A stretch of DNA of 64,000 bases from an uncultured Candidatus Saccharibacteria bacterium (GTDB lineage: Bacteria > Patescibacteriota > Kazan-3B-28), in contig CAYSVM010000002.1 of NCBI GenBank assembly GCA_964434605.1, forward strand, positions 64,047-128,046, in the 5' to 3' direction. Within the stretch, counting starts at the first letter, position 1; the number at the start of each line of letters is the position of its first letter. The notes beneath the pieces were generated by a model. It saw only the letters and a list, made by a program, of their open reading frames with translations. It did no database searches and had not been told where the DNA came from. Of this stretch, positions 47,535-57,252 are shown piece by piece. The position numbers and the translations under genes were made by a program.

Positions 47535-48613
47535 GCTGGGGAAAACAAATGGACAATATCTCTGTAAGTAACTGCAAAGATTAAGATCATGAGCAAGATA
47601 AATCCTAGACTATGAATCGCATTCTCAACCTTCTTGCTCACTTTCTTTCCCCCTCGAGCCATTTCTATCAGAATAAACACCAACCGACCACCATCTAATG
47701 CTGGAAATGGAATGATATTAATAAGCCCCAAATTCACGCTCAAGAATGCCACCAATTGCAAAGTATAGAACCACCCAAGCTTCACTGCTTCACTGGTAAC
47801 CTTAGCAATGCCCACCGGCCCCGAAACAGACTCTTGGATTGATGCAGTAATAAACAAATGAACCACAAAAGTAATTAGAGCAACTGCAATTTGTTTTACT
47901 AATAAGATAAAATCTAACAATGCATAATATGGAACTTTCCACCAAGTATAGTGAACCCTCGCCATTACCTCATCTATCAATACTCCAATCACCCGCTGTC
48001 CATCTTTCTTTTGAGTTGCAACCGTAATTGGCAACTTTTTACCTTCTCTTTCCACAGTCACCACCACATTAGTTTCATTAGATAACACTTCCTTCAATTG
48101 ACTTACCTGGGTTACCAATGTATCCCCCACACCCAAAATGGCATCTCCTGCCTTTATTCCTGCAGTTTCAGCCGGAGAACCCTTTGCTACATCTAAAATT
48201 ATTACCTGCGACTGATATTCACTCTCACCTAATTGCCTTATGTCCAAGGCTAGTGGTGCCATACCAAACCAAAATCCAATCATAAGGAGAACATAAGTTA
48301 AAAGAAAATTCATCAACACCCCTGCAACCGCTATGAGCAACTTCGAACCAGGTTTTTTATGCGCCATTGAATCCTCATCCTTCACATTCTCCCCATCCTC
48401 TCCCTTCAATCGCACAAATCCACCAAAAGGAATCCAGTTTAAAGACCAGATCGTTCCACGCTTTTTCTTTCCCCAAATCCGAGGAGGTAAACCAAGTCCA
48501 AACTCCTCCACCTTTACTCCCGCCCTTTTGGCAGCAAAATAATGGCCTGCCTCATGTACCAGAACCAGTAAACTGAAAATTAAAATAAATACAACTACTG
48601 CTGTAAATGTCAT
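47531..48613 (-). CDS. rseP: Site-2 protease RseP (M50 zinc metalloprotease with PDZ)
   Basis: HEAGHYFAAK HExxH in TM1, PDZ domain and C-terminal LDGG motif. Confidence 0.85.
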   Translation of the reverse strand: MTFTAVVVFILIFSLLVLVHEAGHYFAAKRAGVKVEEFGLGLPPRIWGKKKRGTIWSLNWIPFGGFVRLKGEDGENVKDEDSMAHKKPGSKLLIAVAGVLMNFLLTYVLLMIGFWFGMAPLALDIRQLGESEYQSQVIILDVAKGSPAETAGIKAGDAILGVGDTLVTQVSQLKEVLSNETNVVVTVEREGKKLPITVATQKKDGQRVIGVLIDEVMARVHYTWWKVPYYALLDFILLVKQIAVALITFVVHLFITASIQESVSGPVGIAKVTSEAVKLGWFYTLQLVAFLSVNLGLINIIPFPALDGGRLVFILIEMARGGKKVSKKVENAIHSLGFILLMILIFAVTYRDIVHLFSPA

Positions 48614-49302
48614 TTCCCATACCTCCTGTCTCTATTAGCGTACCACTCTAAGGCGTCATCAAAATCTTTTTTAGAGAATGCTGGCAAAAATACTTGAGGA
48701 AAATAAAACTCCGTATAAGCATGCTGCCACAACAAGAAGTTACTTAGCCGATGCTCTCCTCCTGTTCGAATCATTAAATCTGGATCAGGCATACCAGCAG
48801 AAAACAAATGGTCACTCACCATCTGCTCGGTAACTTCATCTGCTGCTATCCCCCCTCCCACAATCTCTCTAACCGCTTTTGTAATTTCCGCCCTTCCGCC
48901 GTAATCCAAACAAATATTAAAAACCAACCCCGTATTTGTCTTGGTCTTTTCCATTAGATTCTCTAGTCCTTTTCGCATTGTCTCTGGAAATCTCTCCAAC
49001 TGACCAAATACATTCACCTTCACATTCCTCTGGTTTAGTAATTCAAACTTTTCTGCAAATGCTTTGGTAAAAACTGTACCAAATAAATAAGCCAATTCTT
49101 CTTCACCCCTATTCCAATTTTCCGTAGAAAAAGCATATACCGTAAGGTATTTGATTCCCGCCTCACCACACCACTCCCCAATATTCATTACATTCTCCAT
49201 CCCTCTAAGATGCCCTTCTAGTGTCGGCAAACCCTGAGCCTTCGCCCAGCGTCTATTACCATCTAACACAAAGGAAATATGAGTCGGAATTTGACTACTC
49301 AT
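48610..49302 (-). CDS. uppS: Undecaprenyl diphosphate synthase (cis-prenyltransferase)
   Basis: HISFVLDGNRRWAK and the C-terminal LSNFLLWQ region. Confidence 0.9.
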   Translation of the reverse strand: MSSQIPTHISFVLDGNRRWAKAQGLPTLEGHLRGMENVMNIGEWCGEAGIKYLTVYAFSTENWNRGEEELAYLFGTVFTKAFAEKFELLNQRNVKVNVFGQLERFPETMRKGLENLMEKTKTNTGLVFNICLDYGGRAEITKAVREIVGGGIAADEVTEQMVSDHLFSAGMPDPDLMIRTGGEHRLSNFLLWQHAYTEFYFPQVFLPAFSKKDFDDALEWYANRDRRYGK

Positions 49303-49313
49303 GAATAGGATGG

Positions 49314-49859
49314 TTATACGGTCTTTATTTCTATCTCTTTTTGTCTAAACAATTCATCAATCTGAGCAATTGAGGCGTCAACCTTCTCCTGCACTTGCTT
49401 CTCCAGTCTCACTTGCTCATCTTCTCCAATTTGCTTTTCCTTCATCTGCACACCAATCTTGTCCATTACTTCTCTCCGCAAATTGCGCACTACTACTCGA
49501 GCGCCTTCTGCCTTAGTTGAAGCAATCTTAGCCAGTTCCATCCTTCTCTCTTCTGAAAGTGCTGGAACATTTATCCGTACCATTGTTCCGTCATTAACTG
49601 GATTAAAACCAAGATCCGATTCCCGAATCGCCTTTTCTATCCCCGCTAGATTTCCTTTGTCCCATGGTTGTATTGCAATACTTCTTGCATCTGGAGTCAT
49701 TACACTAGCAATCTGCTTTAGCGACATCTTGCTGCCATATATATCCACTAGAAGATTCTCTACCAATCCCGCACTTGCTCTACCCGTTCTAACTCCATTC
49801 AAATCCTCGCGAAAAACCGCAATACTTTGATCTAACCTGATTTTGAGTTCCTCTAACAT
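49314..49859 (-). CDS. frr: Ribosome recycling factor
   Basis: ~180 aa with conserved RTGRAS and EERR motifs. Confidence 0.9.
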   Translation of the reverse strand: MLEELKIRLDQSIAVFREDLNGVRTGRASAGLVENLLVDIYGSKMSLKQIASVMTPDARSIAIQPWDKGNLAGIEKAIRESDLGFNPVNDGTMVRINVPALSEERRMELAKIASTKAEGARVVVRNLRREVMDKIGVQMKEKQIGEDEQVRLEKQVQEKVDASIAQIDELFRQKEIEIKTV

Positions 49860-50326
49860 GTCTCTGTAATCCCCAATTCCATCCGTACAAAACGTCCAAT
49901 CTTAATATTCTCTTTAAAGAAAGCTACTTGTTGGTTCAACAAATCTCCCACCGTTATACTGGGATCTTTAACAAAAGGTTGGCTCATTAATTCTTCGTTA
50001 TCAGCTGGATTCATTCCTGCAATATGTATTGCCAAATCCCGAGCAAAAGCAACAAACTTTTCATCACGTGCCACAAAGTCTGTCTCAACTAGCACTTCCA
50101 CCAACACCCCTATCTTGTCCCCACCATGAATGTAGGAAGCAACTACTCCATTGGCAGCTACTCGCTCCGCTTTCTTTGCCGCAATTGCAGCACCACGAGC
50201 TCTCAGAAGCTCCACTGCCTTTTCCAGATCTCCAGCCGCCTCTACTAAAGCCTGCTTGGCTTCCATCATACCGGCAGAAGTTAGCTCTCTTAATTGTTTT
50301 ACTAAATCAGCTTTAATTTCCATCAT
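49853..50326 (-). CDS. tsf: Elongation factor Ts (short form, 157 aa)
   Basis: N-terminal UBA-like LVKQLRELTSAGMMEAKQAL and a single dimerisation core; between rpsB and frr. Confidence 0.8.
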   Translation of the reverse strand: MMEIKADLVKQLRELTSAGMMEAKQALVEAAGDLEKAVELLRARGAAIAAKKAERVAANGVVASYIHGGDKIGVLVEVLVETDFVARDEKFVAFARDLAIHIAGMNPADNEELMSQPFVKDPSITVGDLLNQQVAFFKENIKIGRFVRMELGITETC

Positions 50327-51083
50327 TCCCCTCCTCTATATTAGCTACTAACTCCATTCCCTCGCTAGTCTCTTCTTTCTTTTCTTTCGTTTCCTTAGTT
50401 GCAACCTTGTTAGTGAAACACGCTTCTTCCATTAGACCCAGAACATAATCTATGGCTTTCTTGGCATCATCGTTGGAAGGAATTGGATAACTAACCAAGG
50501 TTGGATCAGCATTCGTATCCACCATTGCCACCACTGGCAGTTTCAATTTTTTCGCCTCTCTTACTGCAATAGCATCTTGCAGTACACTTACCACGAATAC
50601 AGCGGCGGGAATGTTTTTCATCTCTCTTAATCCACCCATTGTAATATTCAGAGACTTATACACCCGATCCAATTCCACTCGCTCTTTTTTCGTCATATCT
50701 CCGAAATCATTCTTGGCATACCCCTCGTCTAATTCCCGCAAATACTTTAAACGTTTCTTGAGAGTTTCGAAGTTGGTGAGCAGGCCGCCCATCCAACGCT
50801 CATCTACATATGGCATTCCACAAGCACTAGCATGCTTTTTAATTAGCTCTCCTGCTTGCTTCTTCGTCCCAACGAATAAGACCTGCTTGCCCTCTGCTGT
50901 AATTTCTCGGACAAAATCCAACGCTTTTTCCAGCATTGGCAAAGACTTAGTCAGGTCGATAATATGAATACCTGAACGAGCATCGAAAATATATGGATCC
51001 ATCTTTGGGTTACGCCTAAACGTCTGATGCCCAAAGTGCATCCCCGCTTCCATCATTTCCTCAATCGAAATCTTCTGTTTCAT
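50313..51083 (-). CDS. rpsB: 30S ribosomal protein S2
   Basis: MLEAGMHFGHQTFRRNPKM N-terminus is canonical S2. Confidence 0.9.
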   Translation of the reverse strand: MKQKISIEEMMEAGMHFGHQTFRRNPKMDPYIFDARSGIHIIDLTKSLPMLEKALDFVREITAEGKQVLFVGTKKQAGELIKKHASACGMPYVDERWMGGLLTNFETLKKRLKYLRELDEGYAKNDFGDMTKKERVELDRVYKSLNITMGGLREMKNIPAAVFVVSVLQDAIAVREAKKLKLPVVAMVDTNADPTLVSYPIPSNDDAKKAIDYVLGLMEEACFTNKVATKETKEKKEETSEGMELVANIEEGNDGN

Positions 51084-51208
51084 ATAAAATCCTTTCTACT
51101 TCCACCCGAGTTCGCTTGCCCAAAGCAAACGAGGATTTGTTTATGTCGAGTGTGCTTAATATACAGAGGGCATTCTATCCCACCCCTCTCCCTAAGTCAA
51201 GCAGATTT

Positions 51209-51285
51209 TGGTGGGCCTGACTGGACTCGAACCAGTGACCTTTCGGATGTGAACCGAACGCTCTAACCAACTGAGCTACAAGCCC
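51209..51285 (-). tRNA. tRNA-Val (anticodon CAC), CCA encoded
   Basis: Minus-strand GGGCUUGUAGCUCAGUUGGUUAGAGC...UUCGGUUCACAUCCGAA...GGUUCGAGUCC...CAGGCCCACCA folds as a cloverleaf with a 7-bp acceptor stem and anticodon loop UUCACAU. Confidence 0.8.
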
Positions 51286-51350
51286 TCTTGTGAAAAACAT
51301 CTAAATTATAACCATAAAAGCAAGTTGTACTATATAATGAAAAAGAAATT

Positions 51351-52013
51351 GTGAAAACTATGGTCGAAGACATGTTTGACTCCGTTGAAGACGGAGAACA
51401 TAAATCATCTCATTCAAAGCATCAGCGAGTTCCTCGCCGTAGCCCTTGGCTAACAGTCATTGTTGCCACCGCGCTGTTTATTTATGATGTCTTCAAAACA
51501 GTCGCCACTGTCCTTGGTGTGGCATTCATGATCCGCTTCTTCCTTATCCAGCCCTTCTACGTCTCCGGCCCATCCATGGAACCCAACCTCCACAATAACG
51601 AGTATATTATTGTGGACCAGGTTACTTATCGTTTCCGTTCTCCACACAGAGGGGATGTTATTGTCTTCAAATGGCCACAGAATATTGCTGTTTCCTTTAT
51701 CAAAAGAGTTATTGCTACTCCTGGTGAAACTGTTGAAGTCCGGGATGGACAAGTCTACATCTACAACAAAACTTACCCCAACGGAGTTTTACTTAAAGAG
51801 CCATACATCGATTCCTTCACTCTTACCAATGTCAAACGCACCCTTGGCAAAGATGAATACTTTGTTATGGGCGACAACCGTGGCAACAGCTCGGACTCTC
51901 GCGTATGGGGACCAGTTAGCCGCCATCTAATTACCGGAAAAGTTTGGGTAGTTATCTATCCATTCGAAAACTTCCATACCATCTCGCATCCTGCTTACAA
52001 CAAGGGGTTATAA
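51351..52013 (+). CDS. lepB: Signal peptidase I
   Basis: Catalytic Ser box GPSMEPN, Lys box KRVIATPGETV and the C-terminal GDNRGNSSDSR. Confidence 0.85.
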   Translation: MKTMVEDMFDSVEDGEHKSSHSKHQRVPRRSPWLTVIVATALFIYDVFKTVATVLGVAFMIRFFLIQPFYVSGPSMEPNLHNNEYIIVDQVTYRFRSPHRGDVIVFKWPQNIAVSFIKRVIATPGETVEVRDGQVYIYNKTYPNGVLLKEPYIDSFTLTNVKRTLGKDEYFVMGDNRGNSSDSRVWGPVSRHLITGKVWVVIYPFENFHTISHPAYNKGL

Positions 52014-52040
52014 AAATCACCGCAATTAAGCGGTGATTTT
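52012..52040. terminator. Intrinsic terminator (aaaatcaccgc-aattaa-gcggtgatttt), bidirectional between lepB and rplU
   Basis: Perfect 9-bp stem with A-run and T-run flanks; overlaps the 3' end of rplU. Confidence 0.6.
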
Positions 52041-52337
52041 AGTAATTTTGATTCGTAACTTATTCTGTCTGTGCCCCTGTGTCTTGCGGTATCTTTTGCG
52101 TCTCTTCATTTTGAATACAATCACCTTAGGATCTCTTTTTTCAGCAACAACCTCTGCCTCTACTACCGCTTTTTCAACTAAAGGCATTCCGACTTTAATT
52201 TCTTTACCATCGTCCACCATCAAAACATCGGTAAAACTAAGAGGAGTCTTTGCTCCTTCTATCCGTTCAATATCCAAAGAATCCCCCTCGGAAACGAGAT
52301 ATTGCTTACCACCTGTTTTTATCACCGCTAAAGCCAT
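52026..52337 (-). CDS. rplU: 50S ribosomal protein L21
   Basis: MALAVIKTGGKQYLVSEG...KAEVV...KFRRRKHYRK-like tail (KMKRRKRYRKTQGHRQ). Start placed at M13 of the ORF. Confidence 0.8.
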   Translation of the reverse strand: MALAVIKTGGKQYLVSEGDSLDIERIEGAKTPLSFTDVLMVDDGKEIKVGMPLVEKAVVEAEVVAEKRDPKVIVFKMKRRKRYRKTQGHRQNKLRIKITKITA

Positions 52338-52376
52338 AGCTTGAAAACTAACACCTTCTTCTCCCCAGGTCAATAC

Positions 52377-52880
52377 CTAGAACAATTTTATCTCTTGACC
52401 CTCGACTATTCCTGCCTGATCTACCGTACCCGCTGCTAGTTCTAAAACATATCTAGCTGGTACATCACTTTGGTAGATAGGAAACCCTATATCCCCCTCT
52501 GCTGGTACCGGTACATTAGTCACCAAATAGACCACCTTCCCGTCCTCATCCAGCCAAATCATGTCTATTGGGGTCTTCATGCCTTTCATCCACATAGAGT
52601 GGGTTCCGGACTGCTCAAAAACAAAGAGCATTCCTGCATCACTAGCCAATTGCTCCACCCCAGCAAGCCCCCGACTTCTTTCTTCCCCAGTCATGGCCAC
52701 CTGTGCGGTTATTGTAGTGCCATTGGGTAGAATCACCCGTCTAACATCTTCTTTCGTATTCTCTGGCTGATTTTCTTTGGTTAGCATACTGTAAACTGTC
52801 GGCTGTTTAGCAAAACCATAAACCGCCATTAAAGCCAACACGAAGAATCCCAAGATTAAGTTTGAAACAAACCTATTCAT
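52377..52880 (-). CDS. DUF192 (COG1430) family protein
   Basis: Signal peptide plus conserved MWMKGMKTPIDMIWLD...ARYVLEL core. Start at MNRFVSNL, whose ATGA overlaps the ileS stop; the ORF-track N-terminus is an artefact. Confidence 0.6.
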   Translation of the reverse strand: MNRFVSNLILGFFVLALMAVYGFAKQPTVYSMLTKENQPENTKEDVRRVILPNGTTITAQVAMTGEERSRGLAGVEQLASDAGMLFVFEQSGTHSMWMKGMKTPIDMIWLDEDGKVVYLVTNVPVPAEGDIGFPIYQSDVPARYVLELAAGTVDQAGIVEGQEIKLF

Positions 52881-55744
52881 TTTTTCTCCACCCTCAACTC
52901 TACCACAAACTCGTTTACTGTGTGCTTTTCTCCAGACCCTCTCTCTAAACCATCTGCCAACACTTCTGTCTTTATATACTCCCCAAAATTCTTTACTACC
53001 CGTACTACCTCCTCTGCCCCAGAGTCCCAAAACAGATTTATTCTATCTGTAATTTCCAGTCCATTTTCCTTCCGTAATACCTGTACTGCTCGCACAACCT
53101 CTCGAGCAACACCTTCTAGTTTTAGTTCTGGTGTAATGTTTGTATCTATTCTACTTTCCTTTCCAGTGCTTACTTTCTTTACATTCAATTCATCCTGAAT
53201 AATCTCTGCCATTTCTTTTGGCAATTCAATCCCTTGAATTGTAAACTCGCTTAGTGGTTGGCGAACCTTTATTTTCGCCTGCTCTCGTTGGTTCAGACCC
53301 AATTCAATTAACTCCCTAACTTGCTTCATCTGCACTAGGATCTCATCTTCTGTCTTTCCTGCTTTTGGCCACGTATTTAGATGTACTGACACCGAATCTT
53401 TACCTGTCTTTAGATTAGAATAGATTGCTTCAGCCAAGAAAGGCATAAAGGGAGCCAATATTTTCGCCAAATCCTTCAGAACAGAATACAGCACAATGTA
53501 CGCTTGCTGTTTGTCTGCATCATTTTCTCCCTTCCAGAATCTGCGACGACTGCGACGCACGTACCAATTGGATAAATCGTCCACGAATGCTTCAATTGCA
53601 AGACAACTTTGCATTGGATCATATTCATCTAAACTTTTGGCCACCTGTTCCACTAATTGATTCCTTCTTGCCCAAATCCATTTATCTAAAATATTCTTTG
53701 GTGCCACTTTTTGTTCCTCACTTGGAACAAATCCATCTATATTTGCATATGTCACAAAGAAAGAATAAGTGTTCCAAAGTGTAAGCATGAATCTGCGAAT
53801 TACCTGCTTCACTCCTTCTTCGTCAAAGTTTTTCGGCAATCCTGGCTGATTAATGGTATACAAATACCATCTCAATGCATCTGATCCGTAAGTATCGAAG
53901 ACTTTCCACGGATCTACCACATTTCCCTTGGATTTACTCATCTTCTTACCATTCTTGTCTAGAATATGTCCGAGACAGATGACGTTCTTGTATGGAGATT
54001 CTTTTTCCATAAGAGTAGCTACTGCAAGAAGGGTATAGAACCATCCTCGTGTCTGGTCTACCGCTTCACTAATAAAGTCGGCTGGATAAGATACGCCTTT
54101 ATCAATCCGTTCCTTATTCTCAAATGGATAATGCCATTGTGCAAAAGGCATTGCGCCGGAATCAAACCACACATCCAACACCTCTGGTATTCTCTTGTAT
54201 TCTTTTTTGTCTTTAACTAAAACTATCTCATCCACAAAGGGCTTATGGGGATCAAAGCTATCTCCCACTTTCTCTGGCTCTTTGGCCAACTTTTTCAGTT
54301 CTGCAAATGAGCCTACGCAAATCATTTCTCCGTCTTCATTCATCCAAATCGGCAATGGAATTCCCCAATATCTTTCCCTAGATATCCCCCAATCCTTTAT
54401 CTCCCTCAGCCATTCACCAAACCGCCCTTCTTTGAAGTATCCTGGAACCCAATTAATCGTTTCATTGTTAGCAATTAGCTTTTCACGTAGCTTAGTCATG
54501 GCAATGAACCAAGACTCAGACGCGTAATACAAAAGTGGAGTTTCGCACCTCCAACAGAAGGGATAGTCATGTTTGTAAGGCATTTCCTTAAAAAGCAATT
54601 CCCGTTCTTTCAGGTCAGCCACAATTTCCTTTTCCACTTCCCTGTCTTTTACAAACCTCCCTGTCCACTTGGCTACAGTTGGTCCAAAAGTTCCATCTGG
54701 CATTACGGTGTGGAATTTCGGTAATCCAACTTGTTCTCCTAAGCCGTAATCATCTTCTCCATACATTGCTGCCGTATGCACTACACCCGTACCATCCTCT
54801 AGCGTTACAAACTCTGCTGGATAAATCTTAAAAGCATTCTGGTAGTTGGGTGTATCGCTTGGCAATGCACCAGAAAACAATGACTCATATTCCCGTCCCA
54901 CTAACTCTTTCCCCGAGAAACTTCTCTTTACCTTAACATCTGCACCCATAACCTTCTCTACCAACTCTTTTGCCAAAATCACCGTGTCTCCATCTTGTTC
55001 CACTTCCACGTATTCAAATTTCGGATTTATTGCCAAGGCAATATTCCCCGGCAATGTCCATGGCGTTGTCGTCCAAGCCAAAACATATGTATTGTCTCTG
55101 TCCTTCACTTTGAATTTCAGAAACACCGAATTTTCTTCCACCTCTTTGTATCCTTGAGCAACTTCGTGACTAGAAAGTGCTGTTCCACATCTTGGACAAC
55201 GTGGTACTACTCGGTAGCCTTTGTAGATAAGATTTCTGTCCCATGCTTTCTTTAAGATAGCCCAGACAGACTCAATGTATCCGCTATCGTAAGTAATATA
55301 TGGATGCTCTAAATCCAACCAAAAACCACTCCTACGAGTAAATCTTTCCCACTCTTCCTTGTATTCCCAAACACTTTGCCTGGCTTTGGCATTGAATTTA
55401 TCTACTCCATACTTTTCAATCTCTGGTTTAGTCGAAATACCCAATTCCTTCTCTACCGCAATCTCCACCGGTAAACCATGGGTATCCCAGCCTGCTTTCC
55501 GTTCCACCAAAAATCCCTGCATTGTTTTGTAACGAGGGAATAAGTCTTTGAAATATCTCGGCAGAGCATGGTGCAAACCAGGTCGAGCATTGGCAGTTGG
55601 TGGTCCTTCAAAGAAAATATACCGCTTAGCACTCGCTCGCAACTTCAAGCTCTGTTCAAAGATTTTTTCTTTCTCCCAAAATGAAAGAATTTCTTCCTCT
55701 TGCTTGGAGAAATCTATCTTTGCTTCAACTTTTCTAAATACCAT
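52877..55744 (-). CDS. ileS: Isoleucine--tRNA ligase (type 2, eukaryote-like)
   Basis: EGPPTANARPGLHHAL (HIGH-like), GWDTHGLPVE and KMSKSKGN are present, and CP1 editing domain is evident. Confidence 0.9.
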   Translation of the reverse strand: MVFRKVEAKIDFSKQEEEILSFWEKEKIFEQSLKLRASAKRYIFFEGPPTANARPGLHHALPRYFKDLFPRYKTMQGFLVERKAGWDTHGLPVEIAVEKELGISTKPEIEKYGVDKFNAKARQSVWEYKEEWERFTRRSGFWLDLEHPYITYDSGYIESVWAILKKAWDRNLIYKGYRVVPRCPRCGTALSSHEVAQGYKEVEENSVFLKFKVKDRDNTYVLAWTTTPWTLPGNIALAINPKFEYVEVEQDGDTVILAKELVEKVMGADVKVKRSFSGKELVGREYESLFSGALPSDTPNYQNAFKIYPAEFVTLEDGTGVVHTAAMYGEDDYGLGEQVGLPKFHTVMPDGTFGPTVAKWTGRFVKDREVEKEIVADLKERELLFKEMPYKHDYPFCWRCETPLLYYASESWFIAMTKLREKLIANNETINWVPGYFKEGRFGEWLREIKDWGISRERYWGIPLPIWMNEDGEMICVGSFAELKKLAKEPEKVGDSFDPHKPFVDEIVLVKDKKEYKRIPEVLDVWFDSGAMPFAQWHYPFENKERIDKGVSYPADFISEAVDQTRGWFYTLLAVATLMEKESPYKNVICLGHILDKNGKKMSKSKGNVVDPWKVFDTYGSDALRWYLYTINQPGLPKNFDEEGVKQVIRRFMLTLWNTYSFFVTYANIDGFVPSEEQKVAPKNILDKWIWARRNQLVEQVAKSLDEYDPMQSCLAIEAFVDDLSNWYVRRSRRRFWKGENDADKQQAYIVLYSVLKDLAKILAPFMPFLAEAIYSNLKTGKDSVSVHLNTWPKAGKTEDEILVQMKQVRELIELGLNQREQAKIKVRQPLSEFTIQGIELPKEMAEIIQDELNVKKVSTGKESRIDTNITPELKLEGVAREVVRAVQVLRKENGLEITDRINLFWDSGAEEVVRVVKNFGEYIKTEVLADGLERGSGEKHTVNEFVVELRVEKK

Positions 55745-56276
55745 CGCCCTCTTCTGGTTTAATAACTCTGCGTCTGTCTACGATTAGATATTTTCTGGTG
55801 TCTTGATCTAAATCAACAAAACGATCTGCTTTCTCTTGCAACTTTCCCGCTGCACTCCGACCAAATGCTACCACCTCTACCTTCTGTCCCAAACTCTGCA
55901 AATATTCAACCAATGGAACAAAATCTCCATCGCCAGAAACCAACACCACCACATCTACCTTCGGTGCAAGCTTTATTGTATCCATAGCAATCCCGACATC
56001 CCAGTCTCCTTTTTTGTTTCCACCATAGAAAACTTGCAATTCTTTTGCCTTTACTTCAAACCCAATATGCTCCAATGCTTCAAAGAAATTGCTTTCTTCT
56101 GGAATATCTGCCTGGATTACATAAGCAATTGCCCGAATTAGATTTCGGTCTCCCACTGCCGCTTCTAGTACCGCCTTGAAGTTTACCTTCTTCTGGTACA
56201 TCGCTTTAGCGGAATAATACATATTGGAGACGTCCACAAAGACACCTATCCTCTGTTCCGCATACTGACTAGTCAT
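55734..56276 (-). CDS. NYN domain (LabA-like) protein
   Basis: IGVFVDVSNMYY, LIRAIAY and VVLVSGDGDFVPLV match the NYN/PIN-like acidic residues. Confidence 0.7.
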   Translation of the reverse strand: MTSQYAEQRIGVFVDVSNMYYSAKAMYQKKVNFKAVLEAAVGDRNLIRAIAYVIQADIPEESNFFEALEHIGFEVKAKELQVFYGGNKKGDWDVGIAMDTIKLAPKVDVVVLVSGDGDFVPLVEYLQSLGQKVEVVAFGRSAAGKLQEKADRFVDLDQDTRKYLIVDRRRVIKPEEGDGI

Positions 56277-56402
56277 AATCTAATATCTAAAAAATATCCC
56301 TCCCATTATACCTCATCTCCGCCACCTCCTATCTGGACAAAGAAAAAGGCCTACAATATCAAAAAACCCGCTCCCAGCCAAGCTTTCTCTTTATAATTCA
56401 CT

Positions 56403-56621
56403 CTACCCTATCTCGAATACCTTCTGGCTAGAGGTTGCCCCCGATATAAGGTGAACCTGGGTTTTTGAGATATCAAATTCTAACGCTAATAGCTCAACCA
56501 CTGCCTGGTTCGCCTTTCCTTTCTCTGGTACTGCCGTTACCCACACCCGATAGCTATTGTCTGCAATCTTCTCGATCGCATTCCGAGAAGCTCTAGTAAT
56601 TACTTTTACTTTTATACGCAT
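56403..56621 (-). CDS. DUF167 (YggU/UPF0235) family protein
   Basis: 72-aa protein with VKVITRASRNAIEKI...VTAVPEKGKANQAVVELLA typical of DUF167. Confidence 0.6.
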   Translation of the reverse strand: MRIKVKVITRASRNAIEKIADNSYRVWVTAVPEKGKANQAVVELLALEFDISKTQVHLISGATSSQKVFEIG

Positions 56622-57244
56622 TAGGCTGCCACCATTATATCGTTGATTTGATTTCGAGCTTGTTTTATTAGCGCCTTAGATAATTCCCGACTAAGCTTTT
56701 CATATCCCACAGGATTATCAGAAGGATTCATTTTGGTGAGTAAAACGGCTGCTTCATCCGTACGTCCACCCGTAATTGCTGTTCCAATTTTTTCCATCAA
56801 CTCTCCCACTGAGTTGTATTTCTTTTCTTGCGCCAAAGCCGTCTCCCGTTCTTTCAAGCGCTTTGCTTCTATTGTTTCCAGCCGTGTAACCAGCGCCAAC
56901 TTTTCTTGATAAGTAGCGCTCTCTGCAAACTGTCTCCACAATACTTTTTCTGCAGCAGAAAAAACTGGAGATTGTAAACGCTTCTCAATTTCTCTCCACA
57001 CCGCCTCCCCCGAATCTTCATAGTCACCTAAATAATCCAACAACTCCTGCACCCATTCTGGATTAGCACCGCAAGCCCTTCCTCCAGCAATCCATAGCTC
57101 AGCTTCATTGGAAGTAAAGATTCCTTGACGAACAAGCCCATTCACCCTCCATTCCAAATCATCTCGCAATGCTTCCGCTTGTTCGAACCGTTTTGCGTTT
57201 TGCGCTTTACTCACTTCCAAATTTTCATTTTCCCATTGTTCCAT
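56621..57244 (-). CDS. Hypothetical protein (207 aa)
   Basis: Intact alpha-helical ORF between nrdJ and the DUF167 gene; no family recognised. Confidence 0.4.
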   Translation of the reverse strand: MEQWENENLEVSKAQNAKRFEQAEALRDDLEWRVNGLVRQGIFTSNEAELWIAGGRACGANPEWVQELLDYLGDYEDSGEAVWREIEKRLQSPVFSAAEKVLWRQFAESATYQEKLALVTRLETIEAKRLKERETALAQEKKYNSVGELMEKIGTAITGGRTDEAAVLLTKMNPSDNPVGYEKLSRELSKALIKQARNQINDIMVAA

Positions 57245-57252
57245 TTTGTAAA

